NCBI RefSeq assembly: GCF_006345805.1 | Contig: NC_043001.1 | Span: 24,056,001-24,120,000 of the forward strand | Length of the DNA: 64,000 nucleotides | From: Octopus sinensis | Lineage: Eukaryota | Reading direction: 5' to 3' | Shown here: positions 13,776-27,909 of the stretch, in pieces | How the letters are laid out: every line of letters begins with the position of its first letter | Position numbering within the stretch: position 1 is the first letter of the stretch | Made by a program: the position numbers and the translations under genes | The notes under the pieces: model-generated | Told to the model about the DNA's origin: nothing | Database searches by the model: none | What the model saw: only the letters and a program-made list of their open reading frames with translations

Positions 13776-14009
13776 TGTTTCTTTATTACCCACAAGGGGC
13801 TAAACATAGAGGGGACAGACAAAGACAGACAAACGGATTAAGTCGATTACATCGACCCCAGTGCGTAACTGGTACTTTATTTATCGACCCCCGAAAGGAG
13901 GAAAGGCAAAGTCGACCTCGGCGGAATTTGAACTCAGAACGTAGCGGCAGACAAAATACGGCTACGCATTTCGCCCGGCGTGCTAACGATTCTGTCAACT
14001 CGCCGCCTT
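13776..14009 (-). mobile_element. SINE-C monomer
   Basis: Full copy; TSD AATATACAGAAATATA. Confidence 0.88.
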
Positions 14010-14974
14010 AATATACAGAAATATAGGAGCAGAATGGGTAGAGGAGGAAACACAGAACGTTCTGACTATCAGCCGGAGCATGTTTATCTAGATCGCTACG
14101 TATAAGAATCACTGCAAGCTAGTATCACTTCGACTACCAAGCAATAGGGTATAAGTCTGCTCAATCAGAGCCGACCTGAGTTTTACATCAAGAGTTACAA
14201 AAATATTGATTTTTGTCGCATTAATCTAATTGCTGAATATATTCAACAAGTCAGCGAAGAACGAATTTAGAGTCATTTACATGTCGCAAACAAACGTTTT
14301 CATCAGCTACCCCTGTGTTACAAACGAAATTAAGTCGCATTTATCTTACTGTCGAACATGTTCAGTGATCATGCTAGTCACAAACGAACAAAGTAGTTAC
14401 TTAAACGCTTTCCTCAGTCACTCTTGTGTCACAGATGAAAGTGTTCGGAGGTTATATTTTTTGAACACGTTTATCAAATGAAGGCACTTTCCTCATGGTT
14501 AATGTATTAAGCTTATGATATTAAGGCCCGGGATCAGGCGTCACATTGTGACTTTATGCAAAGTACTTCATTTTACGTTGCTGCAGTCTCGGTAGCTGAA
14601 AATGAGTGCCAGACGAGTACTGGTGCAGTCCTCTCTTTCTCTATCTTTCACATCCTCGATATTCCGATGGATCAAGGAAGTGGGAAAGCCAAGAATGTGT
14701 CCGTCTGCTCGCGTTTACCTAGGTACCTTAAATGATTAGCGAAAGCATGGTACTACCGGTCATACCCTCATAATCGTGACGGCTATGGTGTGTGCTTACC
14801 AGCCAAATTTGAATGACTGATACGTAGGTTAATACTTACCGTCTTGAACAAACTTGATGGTCATAAATGTGACGCACGAACATGCATTGCTACGTCGTCA
14901 GAAAACTTCAGCATGGTAGTAATAGCGATAATGTAGATAATCGTTGACTAACGAAGGGTGTATATGTTATACCT

Positions 14975-15203
14975 ATTTCTTTACTACCCACAAGGGGCTA
15001 AACACAGAGAGGACAAACAAGACAGACAAACGGATTAAGTCGATTATAGCGACCCAAGTGCGTTACTAGTACTTATTTAATCGACCCCGAAAGGATGAAA
15101 GGCAAAGTTGACCTCGGCGAAATTTGAACTCAGAACGTAGCGGCAGACGAAATACTGCTAAGCATTTCGCCCGGCGTGCTAACGTTTCTGCCAGCTCGCC
15201 GAA
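14975..15203 (-). mobile_element. SINE-C monomer
   Basis: Full copy; short TSD TATATGTTATA. Confidence 0.86.
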
Positions 15204-15212
15204 GAGTATATA

Positions 15213-15609
15213 TGTTATATATAAAAGTAAGGTTGTGTGTCTGTCTCCTACGATTTAGATTCCTAACTACTCCCACATTTTGCGGTGCAGTTTAACCAAA
15301 AGCGGGTATCTTATAGTCGGGATTCATATCGAGCCCTTCTGGGTATTAGCGCGCGTCTACGATGAGTCTACGATTTAAAAAAAAATTTACCATCATTTTT
15401 TCCATTTTAATGCATTTGTTTTCGCTATTATATGAGAGAAGTAACTCTCTAAAAATGTCTACGCTGAGTCAACGATTTTAAAAAAAAATTACCATCATTT
15501 TTTTCCATTTTGAATGCATTTTTTTGCTATTTTTTGGCTATAACTCTCTAAAAATGCTTATATAGTTATTTCCCTTACAAACCCGAGCAACGCCGGGCGA
15601 TACTGCTAG
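15213..15609 (+). mobile_element. Non-autonomous Helitron with internal ~100-bp tandem duplication
   Basis: 3' CCCGAGCAACGCCGGG hairpin then CTAG|T; 5' TATATATAAAAG start; unit GTCTACG...AACTCTCTAAAAAT present twice. Confidence 0.72.
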
Positions 15610-16603
15610 TATGTTATACAATCCAGGAGCAGGATATAACAAAATATTTATTACATAAATAGGATTCATGAATAATTTGATATGACTGCGGATTCTGTGA
15701 AATTTTACATTGAAAATATATCCTACATGATAAACGAGTGTATAAACAAGCCATAGCATTTTATTATGACTTCTGGATTTTAAGAAAAGGTGAAAAATTG
15801 CTGAGTAGTTATTTGAGTATATCTTATTTCATGTCACTGAAACATAGTTGACACTAAACATACAAGCAGAAGTTTATGAATTGGTACATTCTGCATGCAA
15901 AGAGGCACTAATCATGGTGGACCTGTGATCTCTTCGAGAAGGATACGACTTCACAATTCAAGAACAGAATACAGCAGAATAAACAGGTGCGCAAAATCCT
16001 GAATATGCTGGAATGTTTACCAAGTACGAGCAAAGCAAACTGATCCGTATTTTCCGGATGCAATCGATAAATGGCGCTGTAAAGATAAGTAAAATATTCC
16101 AAAGATTTTTTTATGTGAGTTTCTTAGGAAAATAAATAAATACAATCACATGTACATGTGGCATACACACACGTACAAGCATAAAGAGTAATTACAAGTT
16201 CCTGAGCATTAAAATACCATGTACAAAAATTATGTAATGGCAAGTATATCCTCACATTTACTTACATATGTACATATCAACTCACATTATCATAGACACC
16301 TCTAACTGTTCTGGCTCAAATCTTGTTAATTTTGATAGTGAATGATTGAATTCTATGATGAAGAGTTTTAATCATAAACATACGTGTATAACCACGCCCT
16401 TCACAAACATAGAGATTTATCGAGTGAGATTTGTAAAACAGAATGTAAATAGTACAAAGTGCTTCTGAAGTCGATCAAATTTGTTCTTACTGGTTTAAAT
16501 CAGTGGATTGTACTTATTATGGGCTCCGCTTTCTAAGAGTTTTTTTTTAGCGTATCGACATCGCTACTTATGTAAGTCTGGGGTATATTTTACCGATCTA
16601 TAT

Positions 16604-16661
<58 letters not shown>

Positions 16662-16755
16662 TTATATATGTTACTATTCGGACTTTGGGTATATGTCTAT
16701 TAGTATGCCGATTAAAGTACGTTCACCTTTTGGGCTACCTCATCCATTATATTTA

Positions 16756-18036
16756 TGGGTCATCCCATAAATAATGCAGTTTTTTAATACTTCTTTTATT
16801 TTTCAAAATTAAGATAAACAAATTACTTTTTGATCTAAAATATACTCGCCTTCATTTTCTACAATGCTCTTCCATTTATCTAGTAGACTTGCAAAGCTCC
16901 TCTTCCAAAATTCACTCGTCCGTGACGGAAAATACTCCTCCATTACTGTTCTGACCTCGTGTACAGTATTCAATTTTTTTCCGTCCAAATGATTTTGAAA
17001 ACTGCGTAGTATATGATAATTAGATATGGCAATGTCTGACGAATATGGTGGATGGAGCACCGTTTCCCATTCAAACTGCTCCAGCCTTTGGAATGTCATC
17101 CTTGCTGTGTGTGGCCGAGCATTATTTTGATGGAAGAACACCTTTCGTCTTGAAACCAAAGATGGTCATTTTTCTTCCTCCGTCACTGACTTCAGCTGCT
17201 CAGGCTGCTCACAGTATATCTCTTTTGTTATCGTTTAGTTTGGGTTTAAAAGTTCAAAGTGGACTAAACATTTCATATCCCACCAAACAGATAACAACAT
17301 CCTACGTGGGTGAAGCCCTTCTTTAGCCTTGGGTGCCGGTGTTTCTCCTTTCCCTGCCCACTGTCTTCGGCATTTGACATTTTTATAGAGAACCCATTTC
17401 TCGTCTTCAGTCACTATTCGGTCCAAAAAAGGTCCATTCGAGAGAAGTGACAATAAAGAAGAGCACAAATTCACTGTCTGTGCGCGATTAGACATGGAAA
17501 ATTTGTGACAAACCCGTTGACCGAATTTGTTGACTTTCCGATGGCACGCAGGTGTCGATGAATGGTTGAATGACCAAGACCAAGCTTGTCCGCTAGTTCC
17601 TGAACAGTTACGATGAGATTTTGTTCCACCAGGGTTTGCAGGAAGTCCTCGTCGAGCTCTACAGATCTTCCGGGATGAGGCTCGTCTTCTAGGCTGTAGT
17701 TTCCGGCTCAGAATTTCTGGAACCACCGTTGACACTGGCTCACGCTTATTGTCCGATCCCCGTGTATTGCCTTAATATTCCTTGCGCTTTCCTTTGCGTT
17801 GTTGCCTTTATTGAACTCAGCAAAATATGCCCAATTTGCTCCTTTATCGTTTCTATTATAGCTTTGAAAAAATAACTGTTAAAATCGAACTGCACTCTTC
17901 AAAACTTGCACTAAAAATAAGCCCAAGGAAAAATTACTACCTGCGTTTAGAGCAAGTTGGGGGTTATTTATCCCGTCCCCCTCCGACTTTTAGTTCATGC
18001 AATTGAAAACCCCACATTATTTCTGGGATGACTCAA
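16756..18036 (-). mobile_element. Full-length inactive mariner (Tc1/mariner), about 1.28 kb
   Basis: Imperfect TIRs (TGGGTCATCCCATAAATAATG / rc TTGAGTCATCCCAGAAATAATG) flanked by TA. Transposase pieces DRIVTEDEKW, LSVWWD, HQNNARPH, HPPYSSDIAISNY; frameshifted, with the 2nd and 3rd catalytic Asp changed to Asn. Confidence 0.93.
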
Positions 18037-18047
18037 TATATATATAT

Positions 18048-18252
18048 ATAAATGTGATCGCGTGTGTATCGTTGGCAATTTTCTTTCTCCGTCTTCCCTT
18101 CTTCGGACCTTTTCTGTATTTCTGATGAAGAGCTCCGCTCGAAACGTGAAATCCTCTTTCTTTTCTTTCCTTTTCTGAGCATCTAATAACACTGTACTTA
18201 TTCCACGTCCTCGCGTTGTTGTTTTTTCTTACTTGTTCATGTTTGGATTGAC
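18048..18252 (+). ncRNA. ~200-bp microsatellite-flanked element with minimal hammerhead
   Basis: 18118-18152: AUUU-CUGAUGA-A-GAGC ucc GCUC-GAAA-CG-UG-AAAU (G at the cleavage position). Confidence 0.7.
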
Positions 18253-18263
18253 TATACATACAT

Positions 18264-18295
<32 letters not shown>

Positions 18296-19276
18296 TTACA
18301 CGATGGGCTCCCTCGGGTGTCTGTCTACCAAATACCATTTGCAAGACATTGGTCACTGCGAGGTTGGAGGATATATATATATATAGAGAGAGAGAGAGGG
18401 AGTCTTTTCCATGGTGCCGTTCTGTTGGATCGAACTCAGAACCCTGTTGCAAAAGTAACTCTTAAACCACACAGCCACGTGCACTAATCTTATTTGAATA
18501 AAATTCCTCAGATATATAACTTTAATATTCGATAATTTCTATTCACGTATCGCGGTTTTGGCTTTGTTGCATGCATTGTACTTTCGATCAGGTGTGCAAC
18601 GACGTGTGTGCGCACACGTGCTGCTGTTATTGACGAACATGTGATTGCATTATGCAAAGTGCCAAAATAATACCGTTTCGTGTAGTTGTTTACCGATTTA
18701 TTTTCTACTCGAAGCCAGTTATATAAGGCGTTCCATAACGGAGGCAACGTTTAACATGAAATTAGTGCTTAAATGATACGTTACTAATGTCACACCTGGT
18801 GTATAACTACGCATGTACTATTTGTTTAGGCTTGGCATCTCGATCTTTGTGGTATATTACGATACAGCGGCAATAACCTCAAGCATAATCTTAAATTTCT
18901 GGTCATGTAGAATATTACGCCCCAATTGCCAGTCAGGGATCAACACTTGATGCTCATCCAAACCTATATTTATACGATGTTGAGTTTCTTTTTATATATT
19001 CATTTTATTTAAACTGATTATTTCTTTATTCTCCTAGAAGACGTATATTTATTTTATTTTCATACACACCCATATGCACGTGCAAATTGCTTTATGTTAA
19101 TTTGTATGCCTGCACGAACATGTAGAGCCAGTCTGTACGATCTTGTAGGGAGTTCTTAATTAAATGGTTATTTCTATATCTTTTACTTGTTTGAGCCATT
19201 AGACTGCGGCCATGCTGCAGCACCGCCTTGAGGAATTTTAGTCGAACGAATCGATCTCAGTACTTATTATATATAT

Positions 19277-19318
<42 letters not shown>

Positions 19319-19321
19319 TAA

Positions 19322-19560
19322 CTGTATTGTAATATGTGACAATTATTCGGTAACTATGATAAAACTCCGAGTTTCGGATGCCGAGGTGGAAATCTACGCC
19401 GCTATCTCTTCAGTTATCCGATGGCCGGATAACTGAAGAGATGGCGGCGTGGATTTCCACCTCGGCATCCGAAACTCGGAGTTTTATCATGGTTACCGAA
19501 TAATTGTCACATATTACATTACAGATAAATTCCTCTATTTACATAATATCGAGGTCTCTT
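19322..19560. ncRNA. Palindrome with two head-to-head minimal type I hammerhead ribozymes (Penelope-like pLTR)
   Basis: Plus strand 19428-19488: GAUAA-CUGAAGA-stem II-GAAA-CUCGGAG-UU-UUAUC; mirror copy on minus at 19358-19418; ~99-bp arms, 5-nt loop. Confidence 0.78.
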
Positions 19561-20393
19561 TCATTCTTTTGTTGTCTTACCATTTTTATCAATATATATA
19601 TATATATATATATATATGGGCTTTCACACAGTTTCTGTCTATCAAGTCCACTCGCAAAACATTGGTCGGCCCGGGGGCTATAGTAGATGACGCTTGCTCA
19701 AAGGTGCTATGCTGTAGGACTGAACCCGAAACAAATTGGTTGTAAAGAGAGCTTCTGTATCACACTGCATCTATGTTATATGCAAGTATGTATGTGCTTT
19801 ATGCTATTACCGTTATTAGATAAAATTATACCAAAGTTCAGAGTATTTCTCTTGCTCCATTTGTATAAAACGCTAAAAGCCATCCACCGACTAAAAGATA
19901 TGCAAGACTTCTAAACATCTGTCACCAAACGTCTTCTGCTCAAAGTTATTGACTTCGCTAGATCTATCGCTCGTACAATCGGTCCTAAACTAGATATAGA
20001 AATGCAGTATTATACAGCACAATATCTATCGCTGTATAATAATAATCTGTAACCTCTTGATATATCTCTTTAATTCCGCCGAGGTCGACTTAGCCTTTCA
20101 TCCTTTTGGGATCTATAAATTAAGTACCAGTTGCGTGCTGGGGCCGATCTAATCGACTGGTCTCGTACCCCAAAATTTCGGGCCTTGTGCCAAGAGCAGA
20201 AAAGGATGTATATGATTTTTTTATATGTTTCAGCTATTGAACTGCAACCTTTTGGGGGCACCGTTTTGAAGGGTTTTAGTTGAACAAATCGATCCCAGGA
20301 CTTGTGGTTTTTTTAAAGCTTGGCACTTATTTTGTTGGTCTCTTTTGTAAGTTACAGAAATTATTACAAACCAATTATTACAAACTGAGATGC

Positions 20394-20476
<83 letters not shown>

Positions 20477-21726
20477 CGTCGGTCTGTACGATATGCTTCC
20501 ATCTATCTATCTATACGATGGGCTTCCACACAATTTCCGTCCACCAAATTCACTTATAAAGCATTGGTCGGCTCAAGACTATAGTAGAAGACACTTGCCA
20601 AAGGTGCCACCCAGTAGGACTGAATTTGAAGCCACGGGTTTGCAAAAAGAACCGCTTAACCTCATGGCCGTATCTGCACCTATACTTCGAAAAATACATT
20701 AAAATGTTCAGTTTTACACGTTCTCAAAACTTCTGCGTGCGCATGTTTTAATTCTGGAAACATTTGTACTTACTAGCATTATTGCACAAGTAGATCATTA
20801 AAAATTAAAACGAACATTGTTGTGGATAAAAGATTGATAGACTAGCATCAAATCTAGAGAGGCGGGGAGAGAATGGGTGAGAGAACTGTTTCTCAATCAC
20901 TTATTGCTCTGAGAATAAAGATAAGCACTTGTACACCGCGACATTTTAAGGTAAACGTTCACATTAAAAGCAAAATAGAAAAGTGCTATTTTCTGCTGTA
21001 AAGACAAACTGTACTTCACATACAAATTATGAAGACTGGCTTAGAAATACTGGTTACTGATAACAATATTCAATTTGAAATTTATAAAATCATTAAAATC
21101 GATAATGAACTGAAAAAGCGTTGATATTTATTATATTAATTATTCCATCGGTATAAAACGTCTCGGCAATTTAAACACACATACATTCACATATCTTCAT
21201 TGCCCCGTTCACTATGAATATTGATTTCTTTTTAAAAAAGTAGTTACGATGATACACGTTTATAGAGGACAAGAATAAGACTGTGACATTTATTCTTTTC
21301 TCAAGATTGCTAGCGACAAGTTAAGGGCTTGGCTCAGAGAGAGAGACAGAGAGATAGAGAGAGAGACAGACAGAGAGGCAGAGACAGACAGACAGAGACG
21401 GACATAGAGACAGACAGACACAGAGAGAGAAAGTCTGTGCAATGTTCGTTGTGTTAATGCCAGATAATGATTTCATATATCTACTATTAAAAGTCAATGG
21501 AAAGTGTTAGGTTTACTTCATTGTTTGAAAGCTTCTATCGTTAGTCCTGACCAGTTTATGCCATGCATCATTTCTAAAGCTTCCATAAGAGATCGCTTAT
21601 AATGTCTCAGAAAAGGAATTATTACGAAATTTAGTGCAAATTTCCTTACATAATGAAATGAGAAAATCAGTTTTCCGTCAGATTCCGAGTTCAAATTTCA
21701 GTCGAGATTACCATTTCCATATTTAT

Positions 21727-22136
21727 TTCGGTTTGAACGGCAGTTTTTTCTAGCGGTGTCATATGAAATTGTCACTCATAATTATGACCCTAGAATCGAT
21801 CTATTGCATTTCAATCCCTTTTAGGGTTAGGGTTAGGGGTGGGGGAAGGGTATCTTTTTTTCTTCACAAATGTAAATAAACCCAATCTGTTCCTTAAACG
21901 AGGAACATATTCATACGGCACAGAATGCTTTTTAACTCAATGGACGTCAGTGATTGGTTAAAATTTCAGAAATTGAAGAAAAAAAACAACAAACATCTTA
22001 CAAACTATAGAATTTTCTCAATAAAGCCAAGAGAAAAAGATGTTTTATGTGACACATTCTACCAGTATATGAAGTTTAAAATTTTTTAGTTACCTAGAAA
22101 TTATGTTAAAAACTGCCGTTCAAACCGAAAAGATCC
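21727..22136. mobile_element. Merlin-like MITE, left end eroded
   Basis: Same internal sequence and right TIR; first bases of the left TIR missing; no TSD. Confidence 0.8.
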
Positions 22137-25128
22137 CAGTTTGCTGTTTGAATTGGAGTTGAAAAGCTACGGGAAATGTTTCGTCCCCCCATTGGAGTTG
22201 ATAAAATAAATAACAACAATATAGCGATAATATAATTATTTATGATGAAGGCGCGTTGCCTCGAAGTTAGTGTGTTGCACTCGCGATCACGAGATCGTGG
22301 GTTTGATTTCTGGACCGAAAGGCCCGTTATGTTCTTGATCAAAACACTTCTTTTCACGTTGCTCCAGTCCACTCAGCCGTAAATGGATAACCCTACGACG
22401 GAAGCACCGCTCCGGACAGAGGGGTGATGTTGGCTGGCTTGCCTAACCAACGGGGTGGTATCATTCAAAAACTAAAACGACGCAAAGCACATTGTGACCA
22501 GCGATGTATAACAACATCTGATACTCTGGATAAATTGCAGTAGAGTTTTCATTACGACTCTGTACTCTGTGTTCAAATACCGCAGAGGTTAAATTTGCTT
22601 TTCATTATTATGGAGTCGATAAATATAGGTCCATTTCTATACTGGGAAATATTCTTCTCTTTCTTTCTGTTTGACTCTATCCCCCCTCTCTCTCACTCTC
22701 CGTTCCCCACCTCTCTCTCTCTCTCCTTTCTCTGTGGAAGAGATCGAATATGGTCAGGTCTGGAGAGGAATGGGCTCTTCTAGGTCTAATAATAATCAAG
22801 ACATGCCATATTTCACGACGGCTCCCCTCGATTATGCCGGGTTGGGGGCCCATCTATCTATACTAATAATCTTTTAAGGTATCTAAAATTAAACATAATC
22901 TGATCTATACTCCCTTTTCAAAGACTTCAGAGTGCGACTTTTGGTCGCTAAAAATGAATGCAACAGATCAATACGTGAGTATTATAGTAAAATGCAAAGC
23001 TAGTTGTTTAACATATTAGCTAGCTGCAAACTGATATAAAGAGAATATCATAATATTGTTAGATTTTAACCAAATACTTGGTCATTAATATTGATTTTGT
23101 GGAGGCGCAATGCTCCAGTGGTTAGGGCAGCGGACTCGCGTTTGGAGGATCGCAGTCTCGATTCCCAGACCGGGCGTTGTGTGTGTTTATTGAGCGAAAA
23201 CACCTAAAGCTCCACGACGCTCCGGCAGAGGGTGGTGGCAACCCCTGTCCTATTCCTTCGCCCCAACTTTCTCTCACTCTTTCTTCGTGTTTCTTGGGTA
23301 ACGCCGCGAGGGACTGGCGTCCCGTCCAGCTGGGGGGAACACATACGCCACAGAAACCAGGAAACCGGGCCTATGAGCCTGGCTAGGCTTGAAAAGGGCG
23401 CACAAAAAAAATATTGGTTTTAAATTTTGGCAAATTTCCAGCAATTTTAGTGGATGGGGTAAGTCGATTACATCGACCCCAGTGTTTAACTGCTACTTAT
23501 TTTATCAACCCCGAAATGCGGACGAAACGCCGCAAAGCATTTTGCCTGGCGTGCTAATGATTTCGCCAGCGTGCCTCCTTTACTTGGTCATTTACTCGTA
23601 AAGAGGCAGTGAGCTGGCAGAATCGTTAGCACGACGGGCGAAATGCTCAGCAGCATTTTGTCCATCTTCATGTTCTGAGTTCAAATTGCGCCGAGGTCGA
23701 CATTGCCTTTCATCCTGTTGGAGTCGATAAAATATGTACCAGTTAAACACTGGGATCGACTTAGCCCCATCCTCTAAAATTATTGGCTTCGTGCCAAAAT
23801 TCGAAACCACTACTGACTTGTAATCAAATGCTTAGCTTGAATGACGTCAAAACGTGTTTCTTCTTTTAAGACTCATGTTATACACTTCACAGTTGGTGGG
23901 AGAGAAATGCATTAATGAATTACATAGCTATTTCTTTCTCATATCAAACGTATAGCATTTAGTTTGGCCGTCGTTTAAATTCCCAAATCATTAGCAATTA
24001 TCCATTTACACTGAGAAAAATAAATGATAGAAAAACATAAAAGTCAGTATTTGCTATTTATCTTTTACTTGCTTCAGTCTTAGGCTGAGCCCATGTTGGA
24101 GTACCGCCTTGAAGAATTTTAGCCGAACTGCTAAGTTACAGGGGACGTAAACACACCAACACCGGTTGTCATGTGGTGGAGGAAAAACATTAACACAATG
24201 ACACACACACACATATATATTCACACGCTGGACTTCTTTCCATCTTCCTCATTCACTTTAGTCGGTCCGAGGCTATATTTGAAGACACTTGCCTTAGGTG
24301 TCACGCGGTGGGATTGAACTCAGAACCACGTAGCTGAGAAACAAACATCTTACCGCACAATCACATCTATATTGATGTATTCTTTATTTGCTGTGATATT
24401 TGCATTTCCGTTTCATAACTGTTAATGATAATATTTTCAGATTAATTACGATAATTATTAAAATAAGCACGGATATTTTGGCATTTAGGATTTGAAAGTT
24501 AGAGATATTTTTCTAGTTAAAATAGATATTCGTGTGTTCTTCGGCTGAGTATATTAGAGACCTAACGGTATTATGACATATACTTTGAATTAGTTCGCAG
24601 CTGACAATCTCAGCTTGTATCTCGAACAATTAGCTTACACTCTTCAACTGTAATGGTTGTGTATCGATCTAATGCGATTACTAATCTCTTCTGAAATCAA
24701 AACGTGGTTATCCTCACGATCAACAAATCTAGCCTATTTTCTCCGGCTCGCTTCTCCAATGCAACGTAACAACAATGTTAGACTGAAATGGTGACAGCGA
24801 TAACAATTTCCGTTGGTGCCCAACCACGAAATCTTTCAAGTGCTTAATCAGTTTTTACATATATTGATGTGTTGCCGTTGCTCATCCTTGTCTATCTAAT
24901 TGCAATAATACAATTTTCTATTGTTAGTACTAACACAAAGAATATCTGAAAGCGCTTTTTAATGACCACGGTAAAGATTTCGTCTCTTGATGTGGGCATC
25001 TTGGCTTCTCTTTGACCATTACCTTATGTTTTAAGCAATTTGAAAAAAAGGAAATAGTTTAAAATAAATTGATGGCGAAGAGTGTCATTTTAATGCATTT
25101 ACTATATACGTCGACTTCGAGTAAATGT

Positions 25129-25512
25129 GTAGGCACTCCGTCGGCTACGACGACGAGGGTTCCGGTTGATCCGATCAACGGAACAGCCTGCTCGTGAAAT
25201 TAACGTGTAAGTGGCTGAGCACTCCACAGACACGTGTACCCTTAACGTAGTTCTCGGGGATATTCAGCGTGACACAGAGAGTGACAAGGCCGGCCCTTTG
25301 AAATACAGGTACAACAGAAACAGGAAGTAAGCGTGAGAGAAAGTTGTGGTGAAAGAGTACAGCAAGGATCACCACCATCCCTGCCGGAGCCTCGTGGAGC
25401 TTTAGGTGTTTTCGCTCAATAAACACTCACAACGCCCGGTCTGGGAATCGAAACCGCGATCCTACGACCGCGAGTCCGCTGCCCTAACCACTGGGCCATT
25501 GCGCCTCCACTA
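25129..25512 (-). mobile_element. SINE-B (OR1-like, ~385 bp) with tail type 1
   Basis: 10-bp TSD GAGTAAATGT; tail AAGGGCCGGCCTTGTCACTCTCTGTGTCACGCTG...CGGAGTGCC. Confidence 0.88.
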
Positions 25513-26823
25513 GAGTAAATGTAAATACATGAAGAACAATCTATAATTTTCATCTTAGTGTTAAAATAAACCGTCGGTAACACGAAATTTAAAGCCAAAT
25601 AGCCACCATTTTTCTTAATAATTTTTCCACATAGGCGCAGGCGTGGCTGTGTGGTAAGAAACTTACTTCCGAACTACATGGTTCGGGGTTCAGTCCCACT
25701 GCGTGGTACTTTAGGTAAGTGTCTTCTATAACCATGGGCCAACCAAAGCCTTGTGTGTAGATTTGGTACACGGAAACTAAAAGAAGCCCGTCGTATATAT
25801 TTATATATGTGTGCGTGTGTCTTTGTGACTGTGTTTGTTCCCCACACTATCGCTTGACAATCGGTGCTGGAGTCTTTATGTCCCCGTAACTTAGCAGCTC
25901 GGCAACAGATACCGATAGAATAAGTATCAGGCTTTTAAAGATAAGTACTGGGGTTGGTACATTCAACTAAAGATTTCCCAAGGCGATACCCCAGCATGGC
26001 CGCAGTCTAATGACTGAAATAAGTGAAAAGATGAAGAAAATAGTGTCGTCCACTCACAACATTCTCTGATCTATTGCGTTATTTGTAAATAAATCAGATT
26101 GAAACTGTAAGGAATTCTATATCAATGAACATTAAGTTTGTTACTTCCCATCGTACACTAACTACATCATTTTTATGAATGGTTAAGACGACATTAATAG
26201 CTGATACAAAGAAATATGTCAACATAATGTAATAGTATATACAGGCTGGCTGTTAAATTTAGTCTAAAGAAACTCCTTTGTAAGATCTGTCGATAAATTA
26301 TTGAAATGGAAAATTTAATTGTGTAACTCGAAGTAAATTCTTTTTAGGCAAATATATAAATTCACATGGTATGTCTATGGTGACAGCTTTAATCTTAAAA
26401 CTTTTATGTACATAAATATCAAGTAAATATTAATAATATTTACGGGTTTTTGTCCACCACATTGATAACTTTTTATTAGAATTGTTAGGCAGGCAATCAG
26501 ATATTAGACAAAACCAACCGTTAAAACAAAGTTGAATTTGGATATGTAGGAACCTATGTCTGTAACTTTACGATTCAAAGCATTAATAAAAAGAAACATA
26601 ATAAACTAATTTTATTTATATTTCTAGCCTAAAAATTTCAGTTTCCCTGACGGTGAACTCAGGTCACATAGAATTATGTATTTATTTTAAAGCAATTGAA
26701 AATTATACTTACACATGACGCACACGAGCGCGCGTGTGTAATGTTTGAAGTAAAGTTTTCAAAAACAGCAATGATTAGAAATATATATATATATATATAA
26801 ATATATATATAATATATATATAA

Positions 26824-26880
<57 letters not shown>

Positions 26881-26886
26881 ATATAA

Positions 26887-26954
<68 letters not shown>

Positions 26955-27488
26955 GTGTCTATTTGTGGTACGCCCGTTCGATGATGTCTAAAACTTAGCA
27001 AATCCCAGCACACTGACTTATTACCTCAAGTTTCAGTTGAAATACAAACTGTTCAGTATGGAATGCTTGTTTCTGAGGATTCTTAAGATTCTCCTAGCGA
27101 TAGGTGTTCTAGGTTAGTACGTTAAACGAGAACGCAAAGCCAACCCAAGGCAACGATATTTGTTTATAAACAGCTCGTGGCAACATTTACGCAAAACGTA
27201 TTCGCGAGCTTTGCTGCGCGGCAAAATATATTCTGAGATTTCAAAAATGTTTATGTTATCGGTGAATTTGCAGTTATAAGTCTACACAAAATTACTCTGA
27301 AACTTAACTTTATTCAAAATAAAGGGCTTATAATGCATAACCTGTGTCTAAGTTTCAACTGATTAAGGGGTTTCAGTCAACTGATTAAGGGTTCCTACTG
27401 CTGTTTATTAGCACCATGTTATTTAAATGATACTAGCACACAACATATAAAACTGGTGTGACAGAAACTGTACAATTGCAGACTAAAT

Positions 27489-27909
27489 GGATCTTTTCGG
27501 TTTGAACGGCAGTTTTTTTCTAGCGGTGTCATATGAAATTGTCACCCATTATTATGACCCTAGTATCGATCTATTGCATTTCAATCTGTTATAGGGTTAG
27601 GGTTAGGAGTGGGGGGAAGGGTATCTTTTTTTCTTCACAAATGTAAATAAACCCAATCTGTTACGTAAACGAGGGACATATTCATACGGCACAGAATGTT
27701 TTTTTTACCTCAATAGACGTCACTGATTGGTTGAAATTGCAGAAATTGAAGTAAAAAAACAACAAATATCTTACAAGCTATAGAATTTTCTCAATAAAGC
27801 CAAGAGAAAAAGATGTTTTATAAACACATTCTACCAGTATACGAAATTAAAAATTTTTTAGTTACGTGGAAATTATAAAAAAAAACTGCCGTTCAAACCG
27901 AAAAGATCC
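27489..27909. mobile_element. Merlin-like MITE with internal TTAGGG repeats
   Basis: ~29-bp TIR GGATCTTTTCGGTTTGAACGGCAGTTTTT; perfect 8-bp TSD GACTAAAT. GG termini with an 8-bp TSD fit the Merlin superfamily. Confidence 0.82.
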
